64,000 nucleotides of DNA from an uncultured virus (IMG/VR IMGVR_UViG_2630968395_000002) (lineage: Duplodnaviria; Heunggongvirae; Uroviricota; Caudoviricetes), in IMG/VR virus record IMGVR_UViG_2630968395_000002, one strand, 5' to 3'. The number at the start of each line of letters is the position of its first letter. Positions within the stretch are counted from its first letter, which is position 1. The notes beneath the pieces are model-generated. The model had not been told where the DNA came from. It did not search any database and saw nothing but the letters and a program-made list of their open reading frames with translations. A program made the position numbers and the translations under genes. Of this stretch, positions 18,780 through 28,796 are shown piece after piece.

Positions 18780-20542
18780 CAATATATCTCCATCACACTG
18801 GTGTTATTGCTGTTAATGCCCTCAAGAGGCTCATGGAATAAGGCGTGCATAATGGCCCATGCCACGTCGCCGTGACTGACGCCCTCAGATCTGCTAGTAA
18901 CAAAAGTGGCGTTTCGCCCAGTGGCGGTCATGGTTTTGCGGATAGACATAAATGCGGTGGCGATATCAATGCAGCCCGCATCAAACTCCAGACGGCCGCC
19001 ATGAATGATATTTTTTGCCTTATAAATGAGGTCGGCTTTCATTTCCAGGCTGTAGTGAATGGCGTTCACTGCCGGGAAGAATTGCCGTACTAATTGCGTC
19101 ACGGAACGGCCCAGACCGGTATCATCAATGCCGATATAGGTGACGTTATAGCGCTCAGTGATCTTTTTGATATTGCTGGCTTGATCGGCAAAATCCATCC
19201 CTTTCCACTGGTGGCGCTCCAATACCCTGAACTTACCGCCCGCCACCACTGGCGGTGCAATGACGGCGCAACCCGCACTATCGCCGGTGCTGGCCGGGTC
19301 GTAGCCAATCCACACCGGCCTATCACCAAATGGGCGTAGCGCCAGCAATTTGACGTCTGTCCATTTTTCCCAGCTATCCACCATGCAGCGCTGCATTTCT
19401 GCAAGTTTGAACGTGGAAGCGTTATCGTCAATGAAGCCGCACATAAACAGGTTTTCAAAATCTTGATCGCTGTTTTCATTGCGTAACTCATCAATATCAA
19501 ACAGGTCGCAGCCACCTTTCAGTGCATCCTCAATAGTGACAATCTGGCGGTACTGCTTATCCTCACATAACCGGCCTCCGGCCAGCCGTGGGTAGCTGAC
19601 ATCAATTTCAATGCGTTTATCTTTGGCTTTACCTTTGTTAAACAGCGTGCCCGCCCAGAACGGATAAGCCTCATGTGAGGTGCTGGACGGAGTAGAAAAA
19701 TAGGTGGAGCGGTATCTTTTCTGCGATGCCATGCCCGATGCGGCTCGGCGCAATTTTTGAAAGCCGGGTATCCAAAAATATTCATCCAGATAGAGATTGC
19801 CGGGGCGGCCCTGTGCGGTGCTGGCGTTGGTACCGAGAAAGTGCATTTCCGCGCCATTGGGTAAAATAATCACCTCACCGCGCAAATCAACATCCACCTG
19901 ACGTGCGGCGGCGACAATATAGTTTTTAAACTGGTGCGCCTGCGCTTTGGAGGCGGAAACAAACATCTGGTTGCGGCCAGTGTCGAGGGCATCAAGCAGC
20001 GCTTCCCATGAGAAAAAGTAGGTTGCACCGACTTGGCGGGATTTTAAGAAGTTACGAATACGGAAATCAGGCGATAAACCGGCTTCATACCAGTTGCGCT
20101 GATAGTCGAACATGGATTCATTGAAAATATCTTTCAGCTTGGCAACCTGCGCCTCACTGAATACATTTTTCTGGGGTGCCTTACGTGTTCCGCTGTTGCG
20201 CTTCTCAATGTTAGGGTTGAGATCGGCCTCATTGCCGCCATCATTGTATTTACCGATCCGGGCGTGGCGTTCGGCTTGCCGGCCCAGCAAATCAATCTCT
20301 TTGTAGTCTTTGGGTTCCTTGGCTGATTTCATGACAAGTCGGCAATATTCCGCTGCCGTGGTCAGTTGCATCTGATCCAATGGCCCGTAAGCGTCCCACT
20401 TGTCGCGGCGCTTCCAACTGTGTACCGTGACGGCTTTCTCACCGATCATTTCCGCAATCCGGGCAATACGCAGCCCTTGCCAATACAGATACATGGCTTG
20501 ACGGCGGGGATCTAAATCGGCATTGATAGAAACGCTTTCCAT
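18779..20542 (-). CDS. P: Terminase ATPase subunit
   Basis: LYWQG, LKSRQVGAT, LYLDEYFW, HGDVAWA. Confidence 0.95.
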   Translation of the reverse strand: MESVSINADLDPRRQAMYLYWQGLRIARIAEMIGEKAVTVHSWKRRDKWDAYGPLDQMQLTTAAEYCRLVMKSAKEPKDYKEIDLLGRQAERHARIGKYNDGGNEADLNPNIEKRNSGTRKAPQKNVFSEAQVAKLKDIFNESMFDYQRNWYEAGLSPDFRIRNFLKSRQVGATYFFSWEALLDALDTGRNQMFVSASKAQAHQFKNYIVAAARQVDVDLRGEVIILPNGAEMHFLGTNASTAQGRPGNLYLDEYFWIPGFQKLRRAASGMASQKRYRSTYFSTPSSTSHEAYPFWAGTLFNKGKAKDKRIEIDVSYPRLAGGRLCEDKQYRQIVTIEDALKGGCDLFDIDELRNENSDQDFENLFMCGFIDDNASTFKLAEMQRCMVDSWEKWTDVKLLALRPFGDRPVWIGYDPASTGDSAGCAVIAPPVVAGGKFRVLERHQWKGMDFADQASNIKKITERYNVTYIGIDDTGLGRSVTQLVRQFFPAVNAIHYSLEMKADLIYKAKNIIHGGRLEFDAGCIDIATAFMSIRKTMTATGRNATFVTSRSEGVSHGDVAWAIMHALFHEPLEGINSNNTSVMEIY

Positions 20543-20616
20543 GTGAAATAGCCTGCTTTATTACTTAATTGCAGCAAGGCTACCTATCTGCACCTCCCCC
20601 ATCCTGCATTACACCT

Positions 20617-20634
20617 TGTGCCAGCCATAGCACA
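20617..20634. promoter_or_regulatory. Ogr-type late promoter activator site TGT-N12-ACA (P/O)
   Basis: TGTGCCAGCCATAGCACA in the divergent P-O gap. Confidence 0.7.
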
Positions 20635-20712
20635 AGAGCGCCTGATTGTTCCGTTGGTCGCCGGTCGCCAACATAGGTCACTACTGTATCGAATCAGACC
20701 GGAGCATCACGC

Positions 20713-21528
20713 ATGACCGTAAAAGCAAAAAAATTCCGCATTGGCGTAGAGGGTGCCACCACTGATGGCCGCACCATCACCCGCGAATGGCTAACGCAAA
20801 TGGCCGATAGCTACAACACCACGGTATACGGTGCCCGAATCAATATGGAGCACATCAAAGGCTATTCACCAGACAGCACCTTTAAACGCTATGGTGATGT
20901 GACGGGCCTGAGTGCCGAAGAAATCAAGGACGGGCCGTTATCGGGGAAAATGGCACTGTATGCCGAAATCAGCCCTACAGCCGATTTGGTAGAAATGGTG
21001 AAGGATCGCCAAAAGGTTTACACCTCAATGGAAGTAAATATTAAATTTGCTGACACCAACAGTGCCTATCTTGTTGGCCTTGCGGTCACTGATGATCCCG
21101 CCAGTCTGGGTACTGAAATGTTGAATTTCAGCGCCAGCGCCTCCGCTAATCCGCTGGCCTCCCGTAAGCAAGCCCCTGAGAACCTGTTTACCGCCGCAGA
21201 AGAAACGCTGATTGAATTCGAAACCGAGCAAGAACCTAAAACCAACCTGCTTACCACCATTAAAACCCTGTTTACCAAAAAGCAAACCGGTGATGACGCA
21301 CGTTTTAACGATGTGCATCAGGCGGTTGAATTAGTCGCGCAGCAAGTTGAGGGGAAATTGTCGGCTATCAGCACCTTGGAGCGGTCCTTTACGGAGCTTA
21401 AAACTGCCAATGATGCGACCAAACAGGAACTTGATGAGCTGAAAATCACGCTCAGCAAAACAGATCGCGACTTCTCTCAACGCGAAAAATCAACCGGCAA
21501 TGACAGCGCCATTCTGACTGATTGCTAA
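20713..21528 (+). CDS. O: Capsid scaffolding protein
   Basis: FRIGVEGATTDGR, GLAVTDDPASLGTE. Confidence 0.95.
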   Translation: MTVKAKKFRIGVEGATTDGRTITREWLTQMADSYNTTVYGARINMEHIKGYSPDSTFKRYGDVTGLSAEEIKDGPLSGKMALYAEISPTADLVEMVKDRQKVYTSMEVNIKFADTNSAYLVGLAVTDDPASLGTEMLNFSASASANPLASRKQAPENLFTAAEETLIEFETEQEPKTNLLTTIKTLFTKKQTGDDARFNDVHQAVELVAQQVEGKLSAISTLERSFTELKTANDATKQELDELKITLSKTDRDFSQREKSTGNDSAILTDC

Positions 21529-21564
21529 CTCATTTCGCTTGCTACGTTAAGGATTTAATTTCAC

Positions 21565-22620
21565 ATGAAAAAAACCACCCGATTAAAGTACAACCAGTAC
21601 CGCCAGCAGGTTGCTAGCCTGAACGGTTTGGACAATAAAGAGGATATCAGCGCGAAATTTACCGTTGAGCCGTCTATTGCGCAAAAACTGGAAACCAAAC
21701 AACAGGAGAGCAGTGTTTTCCTGTCCAAAATCAACATGTATCCAGTGGATGAGAAGGAGGGTGAAAAGGTTGGCTTAAGTATTGACCGCCCGATTGCCAG
21801 CACCACAGATACCACGCAGAAAGAACGTGAAGCATCAGACCCTAGCGGTCTGGATGGGACAAAATACAACTGTACCCAGACTAACTTTGATACCGCGCTG
21901 CCTTATATCAAATTGGATATGTGGGCTAAATTCCCTGATTTTCAAACTCGCATCCGTGATGCCATTGTGAAACGCCAGGCACTGGATCGCATCATGATCG
22001 GCTTTAACGGTATCAAGCGGGTAAAAACCTCTGATCATACCGTTAATAAGCTATTGCAAGATGTCAACCGGGGCTGGCTGCAAAGCATTCGTGATGATGC
22101 GCCGGGCCAGATGATGGATAAGATTGTTGATGATAAAGGCGATGTTATCTCGCCTAAAATCCGCATCGGCAAAGGCGGCGATTTCAATAATCTGGATGCG
22201 CTGGTGATGGCTGCAACCGATGAACTGATCGAGCCCTGGTTCCAGGAAGATACCGAGCTTGTCGCGATTACCGGCCGCCAGTTACTGGCCGACAAATATT
22301 TTCCTATCGTCAACCAATCACAGCCGAACACAGAAGCGCTGGCCGCTGACTTGATTATCAGTCAGAAGCGTATCGGTGGTCTGCCCGCAGTACGTGCGCC
22401 GTCTTTCCCGCCTGATGCCATTTTTATCACCCGGCTAGATAACCTGTCTATTTACTGGCAGGACGGCACCCGCAGGCGCTCAATCATCGACAACCCACGC
22501 CGTGACCGTATTGAAAACTTTGAATCGGTTAACGAGGCCTACGTGGTTGAAGATTTTGGCTGTGTGGCCCTGATTGAAAACATTGAGTTCGGTGATTTTT
22601 CCGTCCCAGCAGAGGGTTAA
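21565..22620 (+). CDS. N: Major capsid protein, P2 family
   Basis: KFTVEPS, ALDRIMIGFNG, LQDVNRGWL. Confidence 0.95.
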   Translation: MKKTTRLKYNQYRQQVASLNGLDNKEDISAKFTVEPSIAQKLETKQQESSVFLSKINMYPVDEKEGEKVGLSIDRPIASTTDTTQKEREASDPSGLDGTKYNCTQTNFDTALPYIKLDMWAKFPDFQTRIRDAIVKRQALDRIMIGFNGIKRVKTSDHTVNKLLQDVNRGWLQSIRDDAPGQMMDKIVDDKGDVISPKIRIGKGGDFNNLDALVMAATDELIEPWFQEDTELVAITGRQLLADKYFPIVNQSQPNTEALAADLIISQKRIGGLPAVRAPSFPPDAIFITRLDNLSIYWQDGTRRRSIIDNPRRDRIENFESVNEAYVVEDFGCVALIENIEFGDFSVPAEG

Positions 22621-22626
22621 TCCATT

Positions 22627-23280
22627 ATGAGCAACCCCGTTCGCCGCCATCGGCTATTTGTCGCGGCTCAGCAATCATCATCACTGAGCGAGGCGGCAAG
22701 CCTCAGCCATGCCAGCAACTACGAGCTGTTGTTGTTCAAACTGCAACAGGATATGGCCCAATTGAGCCTTATCGAGTCAATCAGCCGCAAGGCCGAGGTT
22801 AAGCAAGGCATGTTACCCACATACCAACCGTGGGTGGCCGGTGTGTTGGCAAAAGGCAGTGGCGAACAGGACGATATTCTGATGCGCATGTTGATTTGGC
22901 ATCTTGACGTTGGCGATATCCGCAACGCATTAGATATCGCAGAGTATGCCGTCCAGCATGGCTTGGTGACTCCCGACAGCTTTAAGCGCACCACCGCGTG
23001 CCTGATTGGCGATGAAGTCGCCGCCATTGCACGGCAAACCTTGGCCGATGAAAAGCCGCTGGATACCCCGCAGCTATTGCGCGCCCAGCAAATGTTAACC
23101 GGTCAGGATATGCCGGATGTCGTCAGCGCCCGCCTGCATAAGTTTGTCGGCTATGCCCTGCGTCAGGACGGCGACAACGTTCTCGCACTGGCAAACCTGA
23201 AAACGGCGCTGCAACTGGACGATAACAGCGGTGTGAAAACCGATATCAAGAATCTTGAGAAGCTGATTAAAGCGTCTTAG
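22627..23280 (+). CDS. M: Terminase endonuclease subunit
   Basis: Position after N; QDDIL, GVKTDIKNLEK. Confidence 0.9.
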   Translation: MSNPVRRHRLFVAAQQSSSLSEAASLSHASNYELLLFKLQQDMAQLSLIESISRKAEVKQGMLPTYQPWVAGVLAKGSGEQDDILMRMLIWHLDVGDIRNALDIAEYAVQHGLVTPDSFKRTTACLIGDEVAAIARQTLADEKPLDTPQLLRAQQMLTGQDMPDVVSARLHKFVGYALRQDGDNVLALANLKTALQLDDNSGVKTDIKNLEKLIKAS

Positions 23281-23289
23281 AGAAAATTC

Positions 23290-23413
23290 GATTAGGCGTG
23301 ATTGTTGCAGGCAGTTTGGACGCGGACAGCGCGGAGCAACCGGAGCGTACACGCAGTACGTGAGGATTGCGAGCACTGCCCAAGTCCAAAATGGCAAATA
23401 AAATAGCCTAATC
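23290..23413. repeat. 124-bp palindromic miniature repeat (RSA-like enterobacterial element)
   Basis: Terminal IR GATTAGGC/GCCTAATC, inner TTTGGAC/GTCCAAA, central CGTAC-acgca-GTACG. Confidence 0.6.
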
Positions 23414-23513
23414 ACCCAAACGCCCCGGCGAGGGCGGCACGCTGGCTAACCCAGAATATTTATTACTCTGGCAAAGCCACCGTTCACCGCCCGTTTATTT
23501 TTGGAGTGTCGGC

Positions 23514-24005
23514 ATGGAAATTGTCATTAACACCAATCAGACACCAGAAGCGCCAGCGCCCGTGGAACCAGCGGAAAACACAGTCATTAAAAATGACGGT
23601 TTCTGGCCTGATATCGACCTGAAACAGTACCGCGAAGAATCACGTCAGGACGGCACCATCACGCAGCCGCGTGTTATTGAAGCGGCATTGTTTGCCATCA
23701 ATGAAGTGAATGATCGGCTCGCAATCTGGCGCTTAACCCAGCAAAAACAGGGTTATCTGTCAGCGGCTGAGGTACCGGTGGAAAAACTGAACGAGGAGAG
23801 CACTCGCATTCAGTTGTACCGCACCGCGGTATTTTGCCTGATGCAAGCCCGTCTAACTGATCGTTTTCGCGGTTTTGATACCACCGGCACGGGCGGCAAG
23901 CGGGCCGATTCACTGGAACCCACTATTGATAATTTGCGCCGTGATGCTGCGTGGGCAATTAACGATATTCAGGCGATCAACCGCATGACGGTTGAGCTGA
24001 TTTAA
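23514..24005 (+). CDS. L: Head completion/stabilization protein
   Basis: NDGFWPDIDL, RRDAAWAI. Confidence 0.9.
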   Translation: MEIVINTNQTPEAPAPVEPAENTVIKNDGFWPDIDLKQYREESRQDGTITQPRVIEAALFAINEVNDRLAIWRLTQQKQGYLSAAEVPVEKLNEESTRIQLYRTAVFCLMQARLTDRFRGFDTTGTGGKRADSLEPTIDNLRRDAAWAINDIQAINRMTVELI

Positions 24006-24208
24006 TGCGCATTCTGGCTCAGCAGTACGACACCGTTGACGCCATGTGTTGGCGCTACTACGGCCGCACCGAGGGTGTAACTGAAAAAGTGTTGGCCGCC
24101 AATCCGGGTTTAGCCGATATCGGCCCGGTTTTACCGCACGGTTACCCGGTGGAAATGCCAGAAGTCGCCGCCGCCATCACTGCGCAAACCGTGCAACTTT
24201 GGGACTAA
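24005..24208 (+). CDS. X: Tail protein X
   Basis: QYDTVD..YYG..ANPGL..VQLWD. Confidence 0.93.
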   Translation: MRILAQQYDTVDAMCWRYYGRTEGVTEKVLAANPGLADIGPVLPHGYPVEMPEVAAAITAQTVQLWD

Positions 24209-24237
24209 CTACACAATCCCCATAGGGGGTAACGGAT

Positions 24238-24624
24238 ATGAAAATGCCAGACAAAGATCCGGGTTGGATGGGTGCATTACTGGCCTTTTACTCTGCCTAC
24301 TCAACCGCGATAAACGGTTTTCTTATCGCTTTTATTGTGGCATTTCGCCGCGTGGTATGGGGCGGCGGTAAGTTACGTGAAGGGATTGGCGAGGGGGTCG
24401 TATGTGGGCTGGTCGGTGTCAATATCGGTCCGGTCATTTCTCCTGTGTTGATCCGCATGATTGATGCTATTCCCTGGCTAAACGGCGCATTAACCGAGGT
24501 CGCCGCCGGGAAAATAGAAATTTTTATCAGTTGTTTGATCGGTCTGATTGGCTTGCAGGCTATCCGCGAGCTGGTATTCAAAATCATCAATAAAAAGGCA
24601 GGAACCACTGATGTTAACCAATAA
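24238..24624 (+). CDS. Holin (lambda-family-like)
   Basis: MKMPDK dual start, TM helices, basic C-terminus, precedes the endolysin. Confidence 0.8.
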   Translation: MKMPDKDPGWMGALLAFYSAYSTAINGFLIAFIVAFRRVVWGGGKLREGIGEGVVCGLVGVNIGPVISPVLIRMIDAIPWLNGALTEVAAGKIEIFISCLIGLIGLQAIRELVFKIINKKAGTTDVNQ

Positions 24625-25006
24625 ATTTATTCTCGGCAAAGCCAGCGAAAGTAATCTGATCGGCGTACATCCTGATTTGGTTAAAGTGGTGCGCCGCGCG
24701 CTGGAGCTGACCCCGCTTGATTTTAAAGTGATTGAGGGCTGTCGCACGCTGGAACGCCAGCGCGAACTGGTCAAAGTCGGAGCCAGCCAAACCTTAAACA
24801 GCCGCCACTTAACCGGCCATGCGGTAGATATTGTACCGCTGCCACGCGGTAAGGTCAGTTGGGAGTGGAAATATTTTTATCCAATGGCTGACGCAATGAA
24901 ACAGGCCGCTGCCGAGCTGAGGATCGCCGTGGAATGGGGCGGTAACTGGACCACCTTTAAAGACGGCCCACATTTTCAATTGCCCGCCCGTCAATATCCG
25001 AGCTGA
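24611..25006 (+). CDS. Endolysin, M15 family peptidase
   Basis: GVHPDL, EGCRT, SRHLTGHAVD, WGGNW..DGPHFQ. Confidence 0.92.
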   Translation: MLTNKFILGKASESNLIGVHPDLVKVVRRALELTPLDFKVIEGCRTLERQRELVKVGASQTLNSRHLTGHAVDIVPLPRGKVSWEWKYFYPMADAMKQAAAELRIAVEWGGNWTTFKDGPHFQLPARQYPS

Positions 25007-25010
25007 CACC

Positions 25011-25436
25011 ATGCCACTCTTCAACACCGCTCCGCTCGCATGGGCGATTGCCGCCGCCTTACTGCTTGCCGGTGGCGTACAGACTTACCGCTTGTCTGAG
25101 GCTCGGCAAGTGATGATTGACCAGCAAGCGGCCGAGGTGGCCAGCAAAAACGGCCAACTTATTGCGCTGGCACTGACCGCCAATGCCAATAATCAGGCAC
25201 AGGCCCAATTGCGCCAACAGGTTGCCAGTACGGATCAGTTGTTGGCGCAACGTAATAGCCAAATCAAGAGATTATACCGTGAAAATGAAACATTGCGCCG
25301 CTGGGCTGATACTCCCCTGCCTGATGATATTATCCGGCTGCGTCAGCGCCCCGCCCTCACCGGGGCCGCAGATTACCGTCAATGGCTGTCCGAGAGTGGC
25401 ACAGTGCCAGTTTCCGGCAGCAGGGCCGCAAACTAA
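25011..25436 (+). CDS. lysB: Inner-membrane spanin
   Basis: N-terminal TM, ENETLRRWADTPLPDDIIRL. Confidence 0.9.
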   Translation: MPLFNTAPLAWAIAAALLLAGGVQTYRLSEARQVMIDQQAAEVASKNGQLIALALTANANNQAQAQLRQQVASTDQLLAQRNSQIKRLYRENETLRRWADTPLPDDIIRLRQRPALTGAADYRQWLSESGTVPVSGSRAAN

Positions 25437-25548
25437 CGGTGATTTAAACGACGATATTGATCGCCTTGAGGCCGCATTGCACGCTTGCGCGGCACAGGTC
25501 GATACCGTCTTTATTTGCCAGCAAGGGGCCGCTGATGCTAAAGCCTGA
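25285..25548 (+). CDS. lysC: Outer-membrane lipoprotein spanin
   Basis: Lipobox LSGC, CPRV..C, TNGDL..CAAQVD; overlaps lysB. Confidence 0.85.
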   Translation: MKHCAAGLILPCLMILSGCVSAPPSPGPQITVNGCPRVAQCQFPAAGPQTNGDLNDDIDRLEAALHACAAQVDTVFICQQGAADAKA

Positions 25549-26002
25549 TTCGCTGCGTACCGCCATTTTAAAGGCGGTGCCGTATATCAAGCAAAACCCA
25601 GACTGCTTACATGTCTTTATCGATAAAGGGGCGATTATTGCCACGCTGGCGCCGTCACTCTCTTTTGAGTATCAGTACACCTTAAATCTGGTGGTGACTG
25701 ATTACGCCAGTGATATGGATCTGGTCATTGTCCCGGTCTTGCATTGGTTGCGCACTCATCAGCCAGATATTATGGCGAACCCCGACAAACGTCAGGACAG
25801 TTTTACTTTTGAAGTTGATTATCTGGATAACAAAGTGCGCGATATCAGCATTGATATCAAACTCACCGAACGGGTGATCGTTAAAGAGAAAAATGGCAAA
25901 TTAAGCGTTACTCATCTTGGGGAACCGGTGCCACCAGAGCATTTTATCAACAGCTATCAAATTGATATTGAGGGTAAAACTGTCGCGGAGTGGGTAACGT
26001 GA
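25535..26002 (+). CDS. R: Tail completion protein
   Basis: MLKPDSLR, SLSFEYQY, LTERVIV. Confidence 0.9.
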   Translation: MLKPDSLRTAILKAVPYIKQNPDCLHVFIDKGAIIATLAPSLSFEYQYTLNLVVTDYASDMDLVIVPVLHWLRTHQPDIMANPDKRQDSFTFEVDYLDNKVRDISIDIKLTERVIVKEKNGKLSVTHLGEPVPPEHFINSYQIDIEGKTVAEWVT

Positions 26003-26445
26003 ATAACGTGCATGAGCTAGATCAGACCTTATCAACATTATTGGCACAATTGGCCCCACAGGCGCGCGGCGCGTTTATGCGTCAGGTCGCTAAAGAACTA
26101 CGGCGACGCCAACAAAAGCACATTCAGGCGCAACAGAACCCGGATGGCTCACCCTTTGTTCCGCGTAAGAAAAAGCGCCGCGATAAGCAAGGCCGCATCA
26201 AACGCAAGATGTTTACCAAACTGCGCACCGCTCGTTATATCAAAAACGAATCCAACGCCGACGAGGCCGCTGTTGCGTTCAGCGGCAAGGTCAATAATAT
26301 GGTTAGAGTCCATCATTACGGTTTGCGGGATAAAGTCACAAAGAACGGGCCAACAGTGAAATACGAACGCCGCCAGTTGTTAGGCTTTACTGACGGCGAT
26401 AGTGAGTGGATTGGGGATCTGGCGTTGGAGTGGCTTGCTAAGTAA
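25999..26445 (+). CDS. S: Tail completion/virion morphogenesis protein
   Basis: QQNPDGSPFVPRK, VHHYG, RQLLG. Confidence 0.9.
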   Translation: MNNVHELDQTLSTLLAQLAPQARGAFMRQVAKELRRRQQKHIQAQQNPDGSPFVPRKKKRRDKQGRIKRKMFTKLRTARYIKNESNADEAAVAFSGKVNNMVRVHHYGLRDKVTKNGPTVKYERRQLLGFTDGDSEWIGDLALEWLAK

Positions 26446-26463
26446 TTATTATCTATAAGTAAT

Positions 26464-26694
26464 TTATTTTTTTATTATATAAAAAATCACTTTCGTAATT
26501 ACATATGAAAGAATAAAAGCGAGGATGCCCATTTCATAAAATAGTGCTATTAGAATATTCGTGTTCAGAAAATTAAAATAACTGATAGCGTCACCGAACT
26601 GGTCGCTTGACAACACAAAAACCAGCACTTCTGGAATAGCCAAGAACAATACAACAAATAAAACAAGAAAAGTCCCAAATTTAGCCAGTCGCAT
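26464..26694 (-). CDS. Moron: small two-TM membrane protein
   Basis: 76 aa hydrophobic, GGAG RBS, AT-rich. Confidence 0.65.
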   Translation of the reverse strand: MRLAKFGTFLVLFVVLFLAIPEVLVFVLSSDQFGDAISYFNFLNTNILIALFYEMGILAFILSYVITKVIFYIIKK

Positions 26695-26776
26695 CGTAAA
26701 ACTCCATTGTAGTATTTAAAATCCATAATTATTACGTATAGTACACGATTATTAACAATCAATGGAGTGCTGTTTA

Positions 26777-27478
26777 ATGAATAATTCCGTTTATTTAAAA
26801 GAAAAACTAAATGCAGACAGGGTATTATCACTATCACTAGATCGCGGGATAAAAGGAACCATAAAATCTGCAAAAGGAACAATCGAGAGTGTATATAGTG
26901 GTGCTGAAAGAGCCAGTTGGTATACATCCTGTTTCTTTGAAAAGTATGCAAGCGAATGCCAAGAGATAAAATCGGAAGACAAAAGAGTAATGAAGGCAAT
27001 ATCAGAAATATATAAAAGGTCTGATGTTATCTATGACATGATAAAACTTTATATCGATTATGTTCTTGAAAAGAATACACCCCGTGAAAATATGCGCAGT
27101 ACTACTTATTATTCTGTTAATTTAGGTGCTAAGATTTCAGTTACAACAGCCACTAAGAAGGCAATGGCTTACTCTATAGCTAAAACAGTCTCTGAATCAA
27201 TATCTATGTCCAATATAGTGAGAACAGAAATAAACAGAAAAGGTTTATTTTTAATCACAAGTATAGATTTGTATGGTAAGGTTCAAAAATCCGCAATGGC
27301 AGCAAGAAGATTGCAAATAATTGATCCGGGATACTATAATTCATTGCGCGCCAATAACATAGAGATGTTATACATATATATCGACCCTATCATTTCCAAG
27401 GCATCCAGAAGAATACATTCAAATTCAAATTTAACATTTGATGAAGTTGTGAATATACTTAATGATATGGGTCGATAG
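26777..27478 (+). CDS. Moron: hypothetical protein (putative toxin/effector)
   Basis: AT-rich ORF between S and V; GGAG RBS before ATG 26777; homolog remnant at 3340-3692. Confidence 0.75.
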   Translation: MNNSVYLKEKLNADRVLSLSLDRGIKGTIKSAKGTIESVYSGAERASWYTSCFFEKYASECQEIKSEDKRVMKAISEIYKRSDVIYDMIKLYIDYVLEKNTPRENMRSTTYYSVNLGAKISVTTATKKAMAYSIAKTVSESISMSNIVRTEINRKGLFLITSIDLYGKVQKSAMAARRLQIIDPGYYNSLRANNIEMLYIYIDPIISKASRRIHSNSNLTFDEVVNILNDMGR

Positions 27479-27651
27479 TGAAAAATATATTCTATAACAT
27501 ATTGTTCTCAACAGTTCCATTTATTGTTATCGTTTTGTTTTCGGTATTTTATTTAGAGTTTTTCCCTAATCATTTTGGCAAATTAACATTACTAACAATA
27601 GTAATTGTATTTTTTGTGTCATGTAAAATAATGCCTGATAAATATATTTGA
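27478..27651 (+). CDS. Moron: 57-aa two-TM protein (putative immunity)
   Basis: GTG overlapping the upstream TAG; VKNIFYNILFSTVPFIVIVLFSVFYLEFFPNHFGKLTLLTIVIVFFVSCKIMPDKYI. Confidence 0.6.
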   Translation: MKNIFYNILFSTVPFIVIVLFSVFYLEFFPNHFGKLTLLTIVIVFFVSCKIMPDKYI

Positions 27652-27744
27652 AGTAAAACCTATGAGGTAGCTGTTTTACAGCTACCATTTGAAAACTCCA
27701 TACAATAACCCGCTATTATTTTCTTATTCTCGCCTTAGATCTCT

Positions 27745-27762
27745 TGTGCCATCCCTCACACA
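27745..27762 (+). promoter_or_regulatory. Ogr-type site TGT-N12-ACA (V operon)
   Basis: TGTGCCATCCCTCACACA upstream of V. Confidence 0.75.
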
Positions 27763-27808
27763 AAACCCATCACATGCCGCGCGCGCCCGTAGGCGGCACA
27801 CTGGCCGT

Positions 27809-28444
27809 ATGAATATCCTTATTGCTGGCCTTAAACGCCTGTTGGCTAACATTATCCGTATTGGCATCGTCTCAGACGTCGATCTTGCTAACGGATTATG
27901 CCGGGTCAAAATGGGCAACCTGGAAACCGATTGGCTTAATTGGTTAACCCTGCGCGCCGGGCGGGTGCGTTTTTGGTCTGCGCCATCGCTGGGTGAGCAA
28001 GTCATGGTGATCAGTATCGGCGGTGAGCTCACCACCGGTTTTGTGCTGCCCGCTGTTTTCTCTGATGCCAATCCCGCCCCGTCACAATCCGCCGACGCTA
28101 TCGTGATCACCTTCCCTGATGGTGCCCGTTTTGAGTACGAGCCAGAAACCAGTCACCTGGCCGTAACCGGAATAGCAACGGCGGTGATTGAGGCTGGCGA
28201 ATCTATCCATGCTACCGCCCCCAACATTACCTGTACCGCCTCGGTCAAAATCACACTGGACACACCCGAAGTGGAATGCACCAACAACCTGACGACAGAC
28301 ACCTTAAATGTGAAAAGCGGCGGCCAGATGAGCGGCGACATCAGGCATTCCGGCGGTCAGTTTTCATCTAATGGCGTGATCGTTGATAACCACAGCCACG
28401 GCGGTGTTGAGCGCGGTGGCGCTGATACGACAGGGACAAAATGA
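27809..28444 (+). CDS. V: Baseplate assembly/spike protein
   Basis: LANIIRIG, RAG..WSAPSLGEQV, HSHGGV. Confidence 0.93.
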   Translation: MNILIAGLKRLLANIIRIGIVSDVDLANGLCRVKMGNLETDWLNWLTLRAGRVRFWSAPSLGEQVMVISIGGELTTGFVLPAVFSDANPAPSQSADAIVITFPDGARFEYEPETSHLAVTGIATAVIEAGESIHATAPNITCTASVKITLDTPEVECTNNLTTDTLNVKSGGQMSGDIRHSGGQFSSNGVIVDNHSHGGVERGGADTTGTK

Positions 28445-28794
28445 CAACCTATAAATATAGCGGCATGAACCGTAACAGCGGCTTGCAGATCGACGATATT
28501 GATCATATTCGCCAGTCAATCAGTGACATTCTGGCCACACCACAAGGCACGCGGGTGATGCGCCGCGATTATGGCTCACTGTTATCAACCTTGATCGACC
28601 AGCCGCAAAATCCCGCCCTACGTCTAAAAATGATGGCCGCTGTTTATGGCGCTGTGATGCGTTGGGAGCCGCGCGTTACGCTGAATGCCATCAGTATTAC
28701 CACGCTGAGCAACGGCAAGATGATTGTTGATTTAACCGGTAGCCGCACCGACAGCGACAGCCGGTTGAGTTTGGCCGTGCCACTAGGAGGTTAA
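28441..28794 (+). CDS. W: Baseplate protein (gp25 family)
   Basis: HIRQSISDILATPQGTRVMRRDYGS, WEPR. Confidence 0.95.
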   Translation: MTTYKYSGMNRNSGLQIDDIDHIRQSISDILATPQGTRVMRRDYGSLLSTLIDQPQNPALRLKMMAAVYGAVMRWEPRVTLNAISITTLSNGKMIVDLTGSRTDSDSRLSLAVPLGG

Positions 28795-28796
28795 TA

